Source: Octopus bimaculoides
Taxonomy: Eukaryota
Assembly: GCF_001194135.2 (NCBI RefSeq)
Contig: NC_068982.1
Coordinates: forward strand, 183,071,588 to 183,135,587
Length of the DNA stretch: 64,000 nt
Reading direction: 5' to 3'
In this document: positions 1 to 11,270 of the stretch, one piece after another
Layout: the number at the start of each line of letters is the position of its first letter
Numbering within the stretch: the stretch's first letter is position 1
Made by a program: the position numbers and the translations under genes
Notes under the pieces: model-generated
Told to the model about the DNA's origin: nothing
Database searches by the model: none
Seen by the model: only the letters and a program-made list of their open reading frames with translations

Positions 1-135
1 GGAGCAGGAAGAGGAGGAAGAGGAGCAGGAGCAGGAGCAGGAAGAGGAGGGAGAGGAGCAGGAGGAGCAGGAGGAGCAGGGGAAGGAGGTGCAGGAGGAG
101 CAGGAGGAGCAAGAAGAGGAGGGGAAGGAGGAGGA
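1..135. repeat. (GGAGCA/GGA)n purine-rich simple repeat
   Basis: Directly visible. Confidence 0.9.
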
Positions 136-149
136 GATTTGCTAGCTTC

Positions 150-298
150 GAGCCAATCGACTGCAGTGCGCAACTGGAACTTATTTTATCGACTCCGAAA
201 GGATGAAAGGCAAAGCGGACCTCGGCGGAATTTGAACTCAGAACGTAAAGACGGACGAAATGCCGTGAAGCATTTCGTCCGGCATGCTAACGATTCTG
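150..298 (-). mobile_element. SINE family A copy
   Basis: Shares core gaaaggatgaaaggcaaag..gacctcggcggaatttgaactcagaacgt with many other copies. Confidence 0.8.
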
Positions 299-863
299 AT
301 CTTGACTGATTGGAAGTGTTAACATGTACATTCTCTGATGCAATACTAGGCAGTGGCTTTCACGGATTCTGATCTTAACTGATTGGAAGTGTTATCAAGC
401 ACATGTGTTTGCCACAGCAAATATTCTGCTCCGTACCGCAGATTTGCACGTCAGTTTCTTGACCTTAATCAGCTGAGCATGTCCCTCAGTGGCTGACGAT
501 ATGTGCATCTCTGATCACGAGCAGAGTAAGTAGTGGAGGAGCATGATAGCCATTTGTTGAGAGGGGTTCTTTGGGGTTTGAATAATTCACCGATGCAAAT
601 ATGGATGTTTCGTTCATCATCCTTAATCCTTATTCAGGGACTTTTTGAGTGAGATGGGCTGTTTGACCCGAAGAAAATTTTAACTGGGTTCCACATGCAA
701 GATCATGCACAGTTTATTTTAATGTGGGTCACCACGTCACGCACATATGATCGTGATGCTTGTGCCTGGTGTACTCTTATCAGATGGGTAGTCATGATGG
801 GTATATTCGGCTTCGTATATTTGTACCCCAGCATCACTGATAACATGCGCTACTCTCTCACTC

Positions 864-899
<36 letters not shown>

Positions 900-900
900 G
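298..900 (+). repeat. Interspersed repeat ending in a (TAA)n tail (probable retroposon 3' part)
   Basis: Internal direct repeat gattctgatctt(g/a)actgattggaagtgtta (x2); ends ctctctcactc(aat)n at 863-898. Confidence 0.45.
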
Positions 901-1028
901 GATTATCAGGAGGGTTTTAAGCACTTGAAAGATATCTGAAAACTTGTGAATACCTACGGTAGCAATCCGCTACCCACATAAATGCTACCTGAAATAAGAC
1001 CGAACCTGAGCCAAACCAAAATGATAGT

Positions 1029-1097
<69 letters not shown>

Positions 1098-1711
1098 CAA
1101 CGACAACACTAATAGTCTCCCGTGAAATTCGATGGAAAAGGTTAGGACGCTAGAATATAATATAACATATCTGGTTTCTTTAAAATTACAAAGGAAACGA
1201 ATGACGTAATTGTTTCTTGCCACCGACCAACGTCTCAGCCGTCGGATGATGAAGAACATCGACCAAGTTGACAAACCGCATAGGCAATGAAGAAGGGCGA
1301 GACTGCTCAATCCTCCAAACGAGCCAAGGTGGAAAAACTCCAATCTACAAGAACTCATCTCTATGTGGGCAGTTTACGAGGGGGGAAAAAATCTACTCTG
1401 AAATTTGATACTGTCATGTGATCAAATCACATGCCACACATAGCATGTCGGACAGAGCTAAACAGGAACAAATGTATAAAAGGAGGTTTTCATTAGTTCG
1501 TTCCTTGGTAGTATTTTAAGAGTAAAACATGTGGTTGGTGTGTGAGTTTCTGAAGGAGTAAAAAAAATTGAATACATTGGCCTGATTGAGAGGGAATAGA
1601 AAAACTCGTCCCAAGCCAGAAGTTGATACGCCACTAATTAAGACGCAATTAGATGTATACATAAAGATGCAGTCTCTTTTCTAATATGTGTGTGGAAATT
1701 CACTGCGAAGG

Positions 1712-1795
1712 TCAGATCCCGATATCTTACAGAGGATTTTAGGGTTTGTTCTAGGATCAGATCCCGATATCTTACAGAGGATTCTAGGGTTTGTT
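1712..1795. repeat. 45-bp-period tandem duplication
   Basis: tcagatcccgatatcttacagaggatt(t/c)tagggtttgtt x2. Confidence 0.85.
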
Positions 1796-2944
1796 AAACA
1801 CTACGCTTCTGTTGATTATCCATTTTCTTACTTCTGGCAATTATCATAGCGTATACGTGCCCGAGATAGGATATTTACCTTATTCTGGAAGTAGGGTCAG
1901 ATTCTGAATTCTTTTTATCGTATAGCCAGAAGGTAAAAGACAGTGCCTACGTCATTTGCGGGGCTTCCCAGATTGAAAAAGGTGACGAGGAGGAAACAAC
2001 CATACAATCATTGCTATCGTAGGACGGGATACTGAGTTAACTCCCGCCAGACAGGAAAGCTGGTACCAATATTTTGTAAAAGGATGAACTCTACTGAAGA
2101 TTTCCAAACATCAAGTGGTCATGTTAAATAGGGAAATATCTAAAGTATGTTATAAATTTAAAATTATTGTTGATGTTAGTAAATTTAAATCCGAGTTCCA
2201 AAAGAACGAATAACAAAAATATTTCAAATGTAGTGGACGGAGAAGACGAAAGACATTTCAGCTAAGAGTTAACAGCGTATGCGGCCAAATACTATTTCTT
2301 CGATATTTAACGCGTATATTGCATTTTGCGGGAGAAAGCATGTGATCAAACATATGTAATATTTATGAAAAGTAACCGATGACACATTCGATAGATTTCA
2401 ACAATAAAACCACGATACTATCTTTAATATGCCGGTAATCTTTCAATAGTGTTCTAGAGATCTTCTAACAACATTTTAATGAACTGTTTTCAAGGAACTT
2501 GTATCAACTAACGGACCATCTATGCTTGAACATGAACACAGGATACTAGAATCTTCATACGACAATGGTATCTTCATACGATAACGGAATCTTCATATAT
2601 AAATTTTTGTCGCGTTTAAACTGTCCGGTATCACCTTTTGACCAATATTCTCTAAAGAACTTCTAGAAGAGAGACTCTAAAAATTGTCCAGGTTTATTGC
2701 TTGATAGTACTACTGAGAGACAGAATGCTGTCGCTTCGAAAGAAATTCTACAGATACGACAATACATCCAGCCGGGTGTATTAAAAAGAAAAGCAATATA
2801 CCCAAATATGGTTCAAAATAATTACATTCTCGAGAAATTTCTACTTACACAATTCAAAGAATAAATTGCTTTAGTCTATTTTTTAAAATTCATTTCACCA
2901 CATCCTGTGTTGTTTTCTTTTCGATTGTTAGTCCTGCAAAAGGA

Positions 2945-3140
2945 GGTGAGAAGGGCGTCAGACAAAATGCTTGACAACGTTTCTTCCAACTCATTGTTTT
3001 GAGCTCAAATTCCGCCGAAGTTGACTTTGCCGTTCATCCTTTCGTGGTCGATAAAATAAAAACCATCAAGTATTGGGAACGAAGTATTCAACATTCCCAC
3101 TCCTCTCAAAATTGCTGGCCTTGTACCTGAATTAAAAGAA
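2945..3140 (+). mobile_element. SINE family A copy (diverged)
   Basis: ctcaaattccgccgaagttgactttgccgttcatcctttcg core. Confidence 0.7.
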
Positions 3141-3795
3141 CTTTTACTTTTGTAACGTTTCTTTCAAACTTGTGACCAATATATTGATTGGAATCTAAAA
3201 AAAACCCTTCTGTTTCAAACTGTAAAGGATCCCTTCAGTTGGTCGGTAATATCAACATTTGGATAATAAATTTAATCAAACCAGAAGGACCTGTAATTAG
3301 TTTAGCGTTGTCTATATTGTTAGATTCAATCACTTTTATCCTCTTGTTAAACTTAAATCAGTACAGGAAGTAGAAAGAAAATGTACAACGAAGTTTTATT
3401 AATATTATAAATATCCTGCAGAATATGAGCTGTTTAATATTTTCCTCTCGGGTTCAGAATTCCAAAGTGAGTTTTTAACTCCAACTATTAGTTTATGATT
3501 CTACCTAATACACGCTTCATTGAGAGCCACCTGGTCGCAAAATTGTCCAAGACTTTCAGAGGAATTTCATTTTCATTGAGCTACATACAACTGCTGGTTG
3601 ATGAAGCTAGATGAATAACGCTAAAAATAACTGAATTTCTTGGAAGATTATCCGTTGGAACATGAGATATTATCAACTGCAATGAATAGTAAACACAACT
3701 AATTAGAATTAACGGTGGAATTTCTATCTTCAACGTTTCGTACACACCCTTATTGGCTCTAATCATAACTCTGACATTATCTGTAGGAATAGAAT

Positions 3796-4016
3796 GGCAG
3801 CGAGCTGGCAGAAACGTTAGCGTGCCGGGCGAAATGCTTAGCGGTATTTCGCCCGTCGCTACATTCTGAGTTCAAATTCCGCCAGGGTCGATTTTGCTTT
3901 TCATCCTTTCGGAGATCGATAAATTAAGTACCAGTGAAACACTGGGGTCGATGTAATCGACTAGTCCCCCACCCGCCAAAATATTTCAGGCCTTGTGGCT
4001 ATAGTAGAAAGGATTA
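3796..4016 (+). mobile_element. SINE family A full copy
   Basis: ggcagcgagctggcagaaacgttagc...gagttcaaattccgcc (B-box-like)...ggccttgtggctatagtagaaaggatta. Confidence 0.85.
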
Positions 4017-6239
4017 TCCGCAGCAATAACAATTTTATCAGGTCTCAAGTTCATATATTCTTTATTCAAAATATTTACAATACGTTAGCAACCACTAGTT
4101 TCTAGAATAACTAAGCTAAAAAGAGAAGTACGAATAACTATTTTTTCTATGCTTCTTGCTGTAATAAATTATTGCAATTCCTAAAACTGGTTTCTCCTTT
4201 TCCTTTTTCGTGTTACTGAAATATCATCGGTTCCATCTAGCAACAAGTTGAATTTCCATTTTCTTTATCACTAATTAGATCTTCTTCAAAACATTCCCAG
4301 TCAACATTTTGAAGAGAAAATCTAATTGGCAATATTGGTGCAGTTTTATTTTTGACATCATTTGAGTATCTTTGTTAACATTTTTAAAAATATCTACTAA
4401 ATGATCACAGGTTTTGACTAATGAATAGCTATGAATATTTAATGCAACACTGCCTTCAGTCTTTGCACAATCATCATTTATTCATTCTGTGTCGTCGTTG
4501 TTGTAGTTCATTTTAGTGTTGTTGTTATTCATTGCTGACGTTATTCGTGGGTTTTGTTGATTTTGCACGTTATTATTCTCATTAGTGGGGTTTTTTGTTT
4601 GTTTGTTTTTTTGCAATTAAGAATTATTTTTGTGTTATTCGTTTTGTGCTGTTATTGTTGCTGTGACAAGGAATAATTTTTGTTAACAATCAAAAAAATT
4701 AGTTTTGTCTCGTTGCTTCAAATGAACAGCAACAACACAAACAGTTTTCAATCGCAAAAAACTATCCCTTTGACAAAAAAAAGAAAAACGTCGACGACGA
4801 CGGCGCAGTACCTGATCAACTGGAACAATGCTTTTTGATTACACTACAGAAACAACATTACTTGGGGGCCATCTACAGCTTTGTAAAGTTCATCTAGCAC
4901 GTTAAAGAAAAGGAGAAATTGACACATATTAATTTGTACATCCAACTTAAACTAGGTGTTTTGTTTTGAACGTTGTAAGTTGTGGTAATAGTCCTGAGAA
5001 ATTATCTCGTATAGACATCGAATGCTAAAAAAAGGCATAGATTATATCGGTGGATGAAATTTCGTCGACACCGGCAGATGGGACTGTTATATCGCGTGAT
5101 TTCAGTGTAAGTTGTACCTTGTCAGCAACAGACACCCTACAATCGAATACTGGATCGAAAATCCGTCGAACCGATGCAGTTTAATACTACCTAAACAATC
5201 TGTGCTTTAATGGCATCTAACGTATATACGAGATTACCGCAGTATACGGCGTTCAAAGCATTTCAGTTTCCGTCTACCAAATCCACTCACAAGGTTTTGG
5301 TCGGCCCGAGGCTATAGTAGAAGACACTTGCCCAAGGTGCCACGCAGTGGGACTGAACCCGGAACCATGTGGTTGGTAAGCAAGCTACTTACCACACAGC
5401 CACTCCTACGTTACGTGAACATTCTTTAATCAGAACAATTCAAGTCAACTTGCAAGTCGGCACCTGGAGAAATATGTCCATTCTGGACATTATTTATTGC
5501 TCGACCAGTGATTGGTGTTTGGCTCGGTCTAGACCTTCTAGAAGAAAGACCTTTGACAAACAAAGTTACAAGCAGTGTGGCTAATCTTGCCTAGAAATGA
5601 GGGGGAAAGTTGAAAAACAACAGAAGGACTCACTCCCTAGACTCAGTCTGGTTAACGTACATTTTACAGGTTGCACTTTATAAGATTAGACAGTCTGATT
5701 CTCTCTACAGAAACTGATCTCATTTGTCATAAGGTCTGACTGTTGCCAACACTCTTTACATATAATATATTCTTATTGTTCATATTATCGTCTCTGATAC
5801 TTCTTGTGAAACTACTACTGCAGCAAAGAGAATGGCGCCAATTCCATATAATTATTTTATCAGATGCTGTCATTCTACGAGCGAGCGTTTTAGAAACGTT
5901 AGAATTGTTTGTGTGTTAGAAATACTCTGACGTTGGAATACTATATTGGCAGCAAAGTCGACGCAATATTAAAGAGATGTTCGCTGTAAGAGCGTTTCCA
6001 TTTCTCTTCAAATGTGTTTTGTGTTTTTGGTTTTAAAAAAGCCATTATTTTTCCAATCCAAGCTTTGGTCAGACCAGGATGACATAACAAGGATAGTGAT
6101 AACATAACGGTGAATATATTTTCCTAAATATTATTTGTATCTGTAAAATGACTAACCATACATATGCAGAGAAAGAGAGGTAGTGGGAGGTAGAGGGAGA
6201 AATGGAAGTAGATAGAAGTTAGCATCTCGATTTACTTCT

Positions 6240-6645
6240 TTTACCTGTTTCAGTCATTAAGACTACGGCCATGCTGGGGCACCGTCTTGAATTCTTAGTT
6301 GAATGAATCGACTACAGTACTTATTTATTTATTTATTTATTTATTTATTCTTCTTAAGCCGGGTACCTATCCTATCGGTCTCTTTCACCGAACCGCTAGG
6401 CTACGGATACGTAAATACACCAACACCAGTTGTGAAGTGGTGGGGAGAGGGACAAACACAGACAAAAACACACACGCACATAGATATATACGACTGGCTT
6501 CCTTTAGTTTCCGTCCACCAAATCCACCCACGAAGCTTTAGTCATCCCGAGGTTATAGTAGAAGACACTTGCCGCACGCAGTGGAACTGAACCCGGAACC
6601 ATGTGGTTAGGAAGCAAACTTTTTACCTCACAGCCACGCCTGCGT
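6240..6645 (-). mobile_element. SINE family B (tRNA-derived head) full copy
   Basis: Head ggcgtggctgtgaggtaa...ggttccgggttcagttccactgcg; core ggcaagtgtcttctactata; tail gactgaaacag(g)taaaag. Partial copies at 5262-5408 and 18520-18668. Confidence 0.85.
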
Positions 6646-6687
6646 TTGCTAGTTAGTATATTGACAGCTAGATGAATTGATTCACTA

Positions 6688-6908
6688 ATAGATAAATAGA
6701 TAGACAGATAGATAGATAGATAGATAGATAGATACATACATACATACATACATACATACATACATACATACGCACGTACGTACGTACGTACGTACGTACG
6801 TACATACATACATACATACATACATACATACATACATACATACATACATACATACGTACGTACATACATACATACATACATACATACATACGTACGTACG
6901 TACGTACA

Positions 6909-6938
<30 letters not shown>
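6688..6938. repeat. Compound (GATA)n(CATA)n(CGTA)n microsatellite
   Basis: Directly visible; source of several spurious ORFs. A similar tract is at 17060-17200. Confidence 0.95.
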
Positions 6939-6939
<1 letters not shown>

Positions 6940-7754
6940 GTAACTATATGCATGAGAATACATACATAAAACAAAGCATATAAATCTGCACGTATACATA
7001 CTTACACACATACAAAAGTACCGTGTTGATGTTGTTGAAATTCAAATGAAGGAGCCTTGGATCTAGGTTAGGAACCGACTCTTTCTCTATTAGCAAGAAA
7101 TTTTGAAATAAAACTGTATTATGACATACTTATAAATATCTATTAAAACATACGCATCGATCATTATTCAAAATTAGAATTATCTTTGGACAGTGGTCTG
7201 TTGTGAAAGGATGGAGTAAATCGCTGGCCATCTCATGATCACTGCTGTCCATCGATGGGAGAACATCCCCACTTTCGAGCCACATTCTCTTGCAACACAA
7301 ACTGACCAAACACTTTGCAGAATTTTAGCTCTGCTTGCGGGGCTTAACTGTGGTACCTATTTGAAATTATGTAGAGTGATACGATAGTATTCTGGTATCT
7401 TGACCATGGCACATTAGATTGAAGTATATACCCCTGTAATACATACCTGTAGTTAGGTAGAGTGAACCTTTTTCTTGAAAATACATTAAACGGCATCAGG
7501 GAGTTCAGGAACTCTAAGGTACATGGAGTTACCACTCAGTCACCACTTCTCAAGGTCCACTCAGTCCCGGGAAGTAACTGTTAAGGACTCCAGATATTGG
7601 TCAAGTAGTAGACGATTCTGTGGATAAAGGTTACTGGAATCCAAGGAGAGCTTTTTCCTAGACATATGTCGCACAAGCCCATTGGTGCATGGACATGTTC
7701 TGCTGTTATGTGAACAAATCCTACGTAAGGGTTAAATAACCTCTTTGTCTCAAG

Positions 7755-7975
7755 AGTAAGATGGCGTTACCGAAGACGATGGTCAGAGATACTCTTTGCA
7801 GCCACTCCATCTCGCGGGAACTCATTTCTCCCTACTTTGCGGAGAAAATCGTTTCCACGGGGTCCTAGAACATCTGACGTCACGACGGTGATAGGCACGA
7901 ACAGATAGCAGCCGGTCAAGCCCCTGTATTCATTGATTTTTTCTCTCCTCCGCGTTACGGACGACCACACCCGGG
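7755..7975 (-). mobile_element. CRE-like non-LTR retrotransposon 3' remnant (REL endonuclease end)
   Basis: EYRGLTGCYLFVPITVVTSDVLGPRGNDFLRKVGR, then frameshifted REMEWLQRVSLTIVFGNAILL. Fits KY..L...Y.F.P..VET.G..GP...FL..LG and RE...QRLS..IQRGNA. Confidence 0.6.
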
Positions 7976-7994
7976 TTTGAAGCAATTTGTAGCA

Positions 7995-8235
7995 TGTAAT
8001 ATCTGTTGATACTGATTACAGCGCCATCAATTCATTGCATGAGAGTTCACCGCCATCAATTCACCGTGAAGAAAGTTCATTGTGACCTTTAGAGATCAAA
8101 AATAAGTTGTTGTTTTTTACTGTGAACTTATCTCTCCGTAAACTTTCCTTGCGGTGAGCTTTCTTCACAATGAATATTCTTTACAATAAACTTTCTCTGC
8201 AGTGAACTAATGACGGCAAGCTTACTGGACACAGT
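7995..8235. mobile_element. Degenerate MITE with inverted sub-repeat arrays (MULE-like)
   Basis: Left ttcaccg/gaaagttca units mirror right cggtgagctttcttcac and gtgaact units. Confidence 0.35.
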
Positions 8236-8289
8236 TGATATTTGATCTTCTTCGCCATAAACAGTATTGTTATTTTAAAAGAGTAACTT

Positions 8290-8323
<34 letters not shown>

Positions 8324-8675
8324 GTATGTCTGTATGCATACGTATATATTTCTCCCTTAAATATTTCCTCCTCCTTCCTTCCTGTCTTATGGTTTGATCT
8401 CACAATCCTACACACATCTTCCACTCACTTCGGGCTATCCTTTAAGTAAACAACGCACAGAGTAAACTGGATACGAAATTATATATATCCACCAATATAA
8501 CTATAATTATCACTGGAAAATACCCACACAGATTCTATACATGGATTTTTACTTTTGGAATGGAACTATACTCCAAGTACTTTCTCTTCTTTGTTTTTTC
8601 TTCTCCGCATCGCTCTCATTTCTTACTGCAAATCTCCTCATACAGATGTAATAATCCTTATCTTCTACTATTACC

Positions 8676-8723
8676 GTCTCCGATGAAGGGATACATCGAA
8701 TTTCCCTGAAACAGCTGTAAGAC
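8676..8723 (+). ncRNA. Minimal type I hammerhead ribozyme (Penelope-type)
   Basis: gtct-CCGATGA-aggga(tacatcgaatt)tccct-GAA-AC(agct)GT-A^agac. Stem I 4 bp, stem II 5 bp, palindromic stem III, GUA cleavage triplet; U4 is C. Confidence 0.7.
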
Positions 8724-9781
8724 ATTCTACATAAAATATAAATTTATTTATGCCATTGGTCTCTTTATCTCATTATTCTTCATATATATATANNNNNNNN
8801 NNNNNNNNNNNNNNNNNNNNNNNNNNNNNNNNNNNNNNNNNNNNNNNNNNNNNNNNNNNNNNNNNNNNNNNNNNNNNNNNNNNNNNNNNNNNNNNNNNNN
8901 NNNNNNNNNNNNNNNNNNNNNNNNNNNNNNNNNNNNNNNNNNNNNNNNNNNNNNNNNNNNNNNNNNNNNNNNNNNNNNNNNNNNNNNNNNNNNNNNNNNN
9001 NNNNNNNNNNNNNNNNNNNNNNNNNNNNNNNNNNNNNNNNNNNNNNNNNNNNNNNNNNNNNNNNNNNNNNNNNNNNNNNNNNNNNNNNNNNNNNNNNNNN
9101 NNNNNNNNNNNNNNNNNNNNNNNNNNNNNNNNNNNNNNNNNNNNNNNNNNNNNNNNNNNNNNNNNNNNNNNNNNNNNNNNNNNNNNNNNNNNNNNNNNNN
9201 NNNNNNNNNNNNNNNNNNNNNNNNNNNNNNNNNNNNNNNNNNNNNNNNNNNNNNNNNNNNNNNNNNNNNNNNNNNNNNNNNNNNNNNNNNNNNNNNNNNN
9301 NNNNNNNNNNNNNNNNNNNNNNNNNNNNNNNNNNNNNNNNNNNNNNNNNNNNNNNNNNNNNNNNNNNNNNNNNNNNNNNNNNNNNNNNNNNNNNNNNNNN
9401 NNNNNNNNNNNNNNNNNNNNNNNNNNNNNNNNNNNNNNNNNNNNNNNNNNNNNNNNNNNNNNNNNNNNNNNNNNNNNNNNNNNNNNNNNNNNNNNNNNNN
9501 NNNNNNNNNNNNNNNNNNNNNNNNNNNNNNNNNNNNNNNNNNNNNNNNNNNNNNNNNNNNNNNNNNNNNNNNNNNNNNNNNNNNNNNNNNNNNNNNNNNN
9601 NNNNNNNNNNNNNNNNNNNNNNNNNNNNNNNNNNNNNNNNNNNNNNNNNNNNNNNNNNNNNNNNNNNNNNNNNNNNNNNNNNNNNNNNNNNNNNNNNNNN
9701 NNNNNNNNNNNNNNNNNNNNNNNNNNNNNNNNNNNNNNNNNNNNNNNNNNNNNNNNATATATATATATATATATATAGTAA

Positions 9782-10000
9782 ATATTATTAAATACATATA
9801 CTAATACAGATGCTTTGTGTATTTTCCAGTGGTTGCAATGGCGTAACCGATTATATATCTCTCATTTCGCTGGTATTAAAGTACCTTAGAGTCTAAGGTG
9901 TTTTAACACTGGCGACATGATTGTTATATACTCCGCTACCCTATTGCAGCCACCGGAAAATACACAAAGCATATACATTAGTATATGTATTTAATAATAT
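9782..10000. repeat. 219-bp imperfect palindrome (foldback MITE-like)
   Basis: Arms 9782-9890 and 9892-10000 are reverse complements around a 1-nt centre (ccttaga-g-tctaagg). The outer 24 bp pair perfectly. Confidence 0.9.
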
Positions 10001-10076
10001 ATACACACACACACATATATATATACATATGCATAAATATATTTCTTTATTTGTATCTACATCCGTAAACAAATAG

Positions 10077-10239
10077 ATGAGTTCGGACTCAACGAAATGC
10101 GCACACACATCATACACGAGAAAGATCGATTATTCGATTAACAGTGACAGAAACAGAAAATCTGTTTATAATAATGTGTGTAACAAACGTGAAGACGGGT
10201 TGGAGAGTGATTATCAGATCTACAAGTTCCTTTTGGTAG
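10077..10239 (+). CDS. Rab27-like GTPase, first coding exon (N-terminal extension plus beta1)
   Basis: ATG at 10077 follows an in-frame TAG. Reads MSSDSTKCAHTSYTRKIDYSINSDRNRKSVYNNVCNKREDGLESDYQIYKFLLV-G. The end matches the Rab27 start DYDYLIKFLALG. Ends at G|GTAAGT (phase 1). Absent from the ORF track. Confidence 0.75.
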
Positions 10240-10308
10240 GTAAGTAGGCTCAGTCACTTATATTGCTTATAACTCCGATAATGTTTACTTATACATAACT
10301 TACTAACG

Positions 10309-10396
<88 letters not shown>

Positions 10397-10435
10397 AGAT
10401 ACACCTCTCATTAATTAATAATTATTGATCACAAT

Positions 10436-10660
10436 AAGGCGGCGATCTGGCAGAATCATTAGCATGCTGGGCAAAATGCTTAGCGGTATTTCGTCCGTCC
10501 TCACATTCTGAGTTCAAATTCCGGCGAAGCCGACTTCGCCTTTCATATTTTCGCCGTCGATAGAATAAGTACCAGTCGAGCATTGAGGTCGATATTATCA
10601 ACTTACCCCCTGCCCTGACCTTTCTGGCCTTGTGCCAAAATTTGAAAGCAATAATTATTA
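10436..10660 (+). mobile_element. SINE family A full copy
   Basis: Same head, core and tail as 3796-4016. Confidence 0.85.
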
Positions 10661-10837
10661 TCTAATAATGCTGTCGTCACACTGGTTAACCGTTACAGCT
10701 AAATTCTAATGTGTTTTATTTAAATAGTTATTTACTATATATGTCTATATAGTGAGCAGAAATATGAAACGAGTACTTGTCCTTCGGTGGTATACTTGTC
10801 CTTACGCTGCTAACAGATTAACCTGTATGAGCTGAGC

Positions 10838-11270
10838 ATGTCTTTCGCTGGCAGAAGAAGCCAGGCAATGCAAGTCCAAAAGAAACTCATGTTGATCCCT
10901 TTTTTTCAACAGCAAAGGCATCACTTACAGCCACTGGTCTCCTCCTTGCAAGACGGTTCACAAAGAGTGTTTTGTGGAGGTTTGGGGAGAGTTCAAGAAG
11001 AAATTTCGGGTCGGTGGCACCTTTCCTGGACAATGCACCAATTCCTTTCTTGCAATTCCTTTCTGGTAACAAACTACTTGACGGAGATGGGCATCAAAAC
11101 TGTCCCTCACCCTCTCTACAACCCAGACCTTGCTCCCTGTGACTTTTTATTGCTCCTCAAGCTGAAGGAGAACTTCAGGAGCAGTCGTTTTGAAGACATC
11201 AAGATGAAGGAGGATTTCCATAGCGCCATTACGAAGAGGCTTGAGCGCTACTTTGTACTTCTTTGACATG
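10838..11270 (+). mobile_element. Mariner transposase C-terminal remnant
   Basis: Frameshifted DNAP, then LVTNYLTEMGIKTVPHPLYNPDLAPCDF, matching the mariner HPPYSPDLAPxDF motif. Confidence 0.85.

Noticed and set aside
1475-1500. TATAAAA followed by CATTAGTT
   Set aside because: The Inr-like motif is only ~16 nt away, with no supporting exon or LTR partner.
2657-2668. GAAcTTCtaGAA HSE-like motif
   Set aside because: One-nt spacing breaks the HSE phase, and no core promoter is nearby.
5041-5112. ...VISRDFS|GTAAGT resembling the switch I end of a Rab exon
   Set aside because: It lies upstream of the first coding exon, has two in-frame stops just before it and has no P-loop.
8748-9797. Long ORFs across N runs (also 13807-14799, 18063-18578, 41839-42507)
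   Set aside because: Artefacts of assembly gaps.
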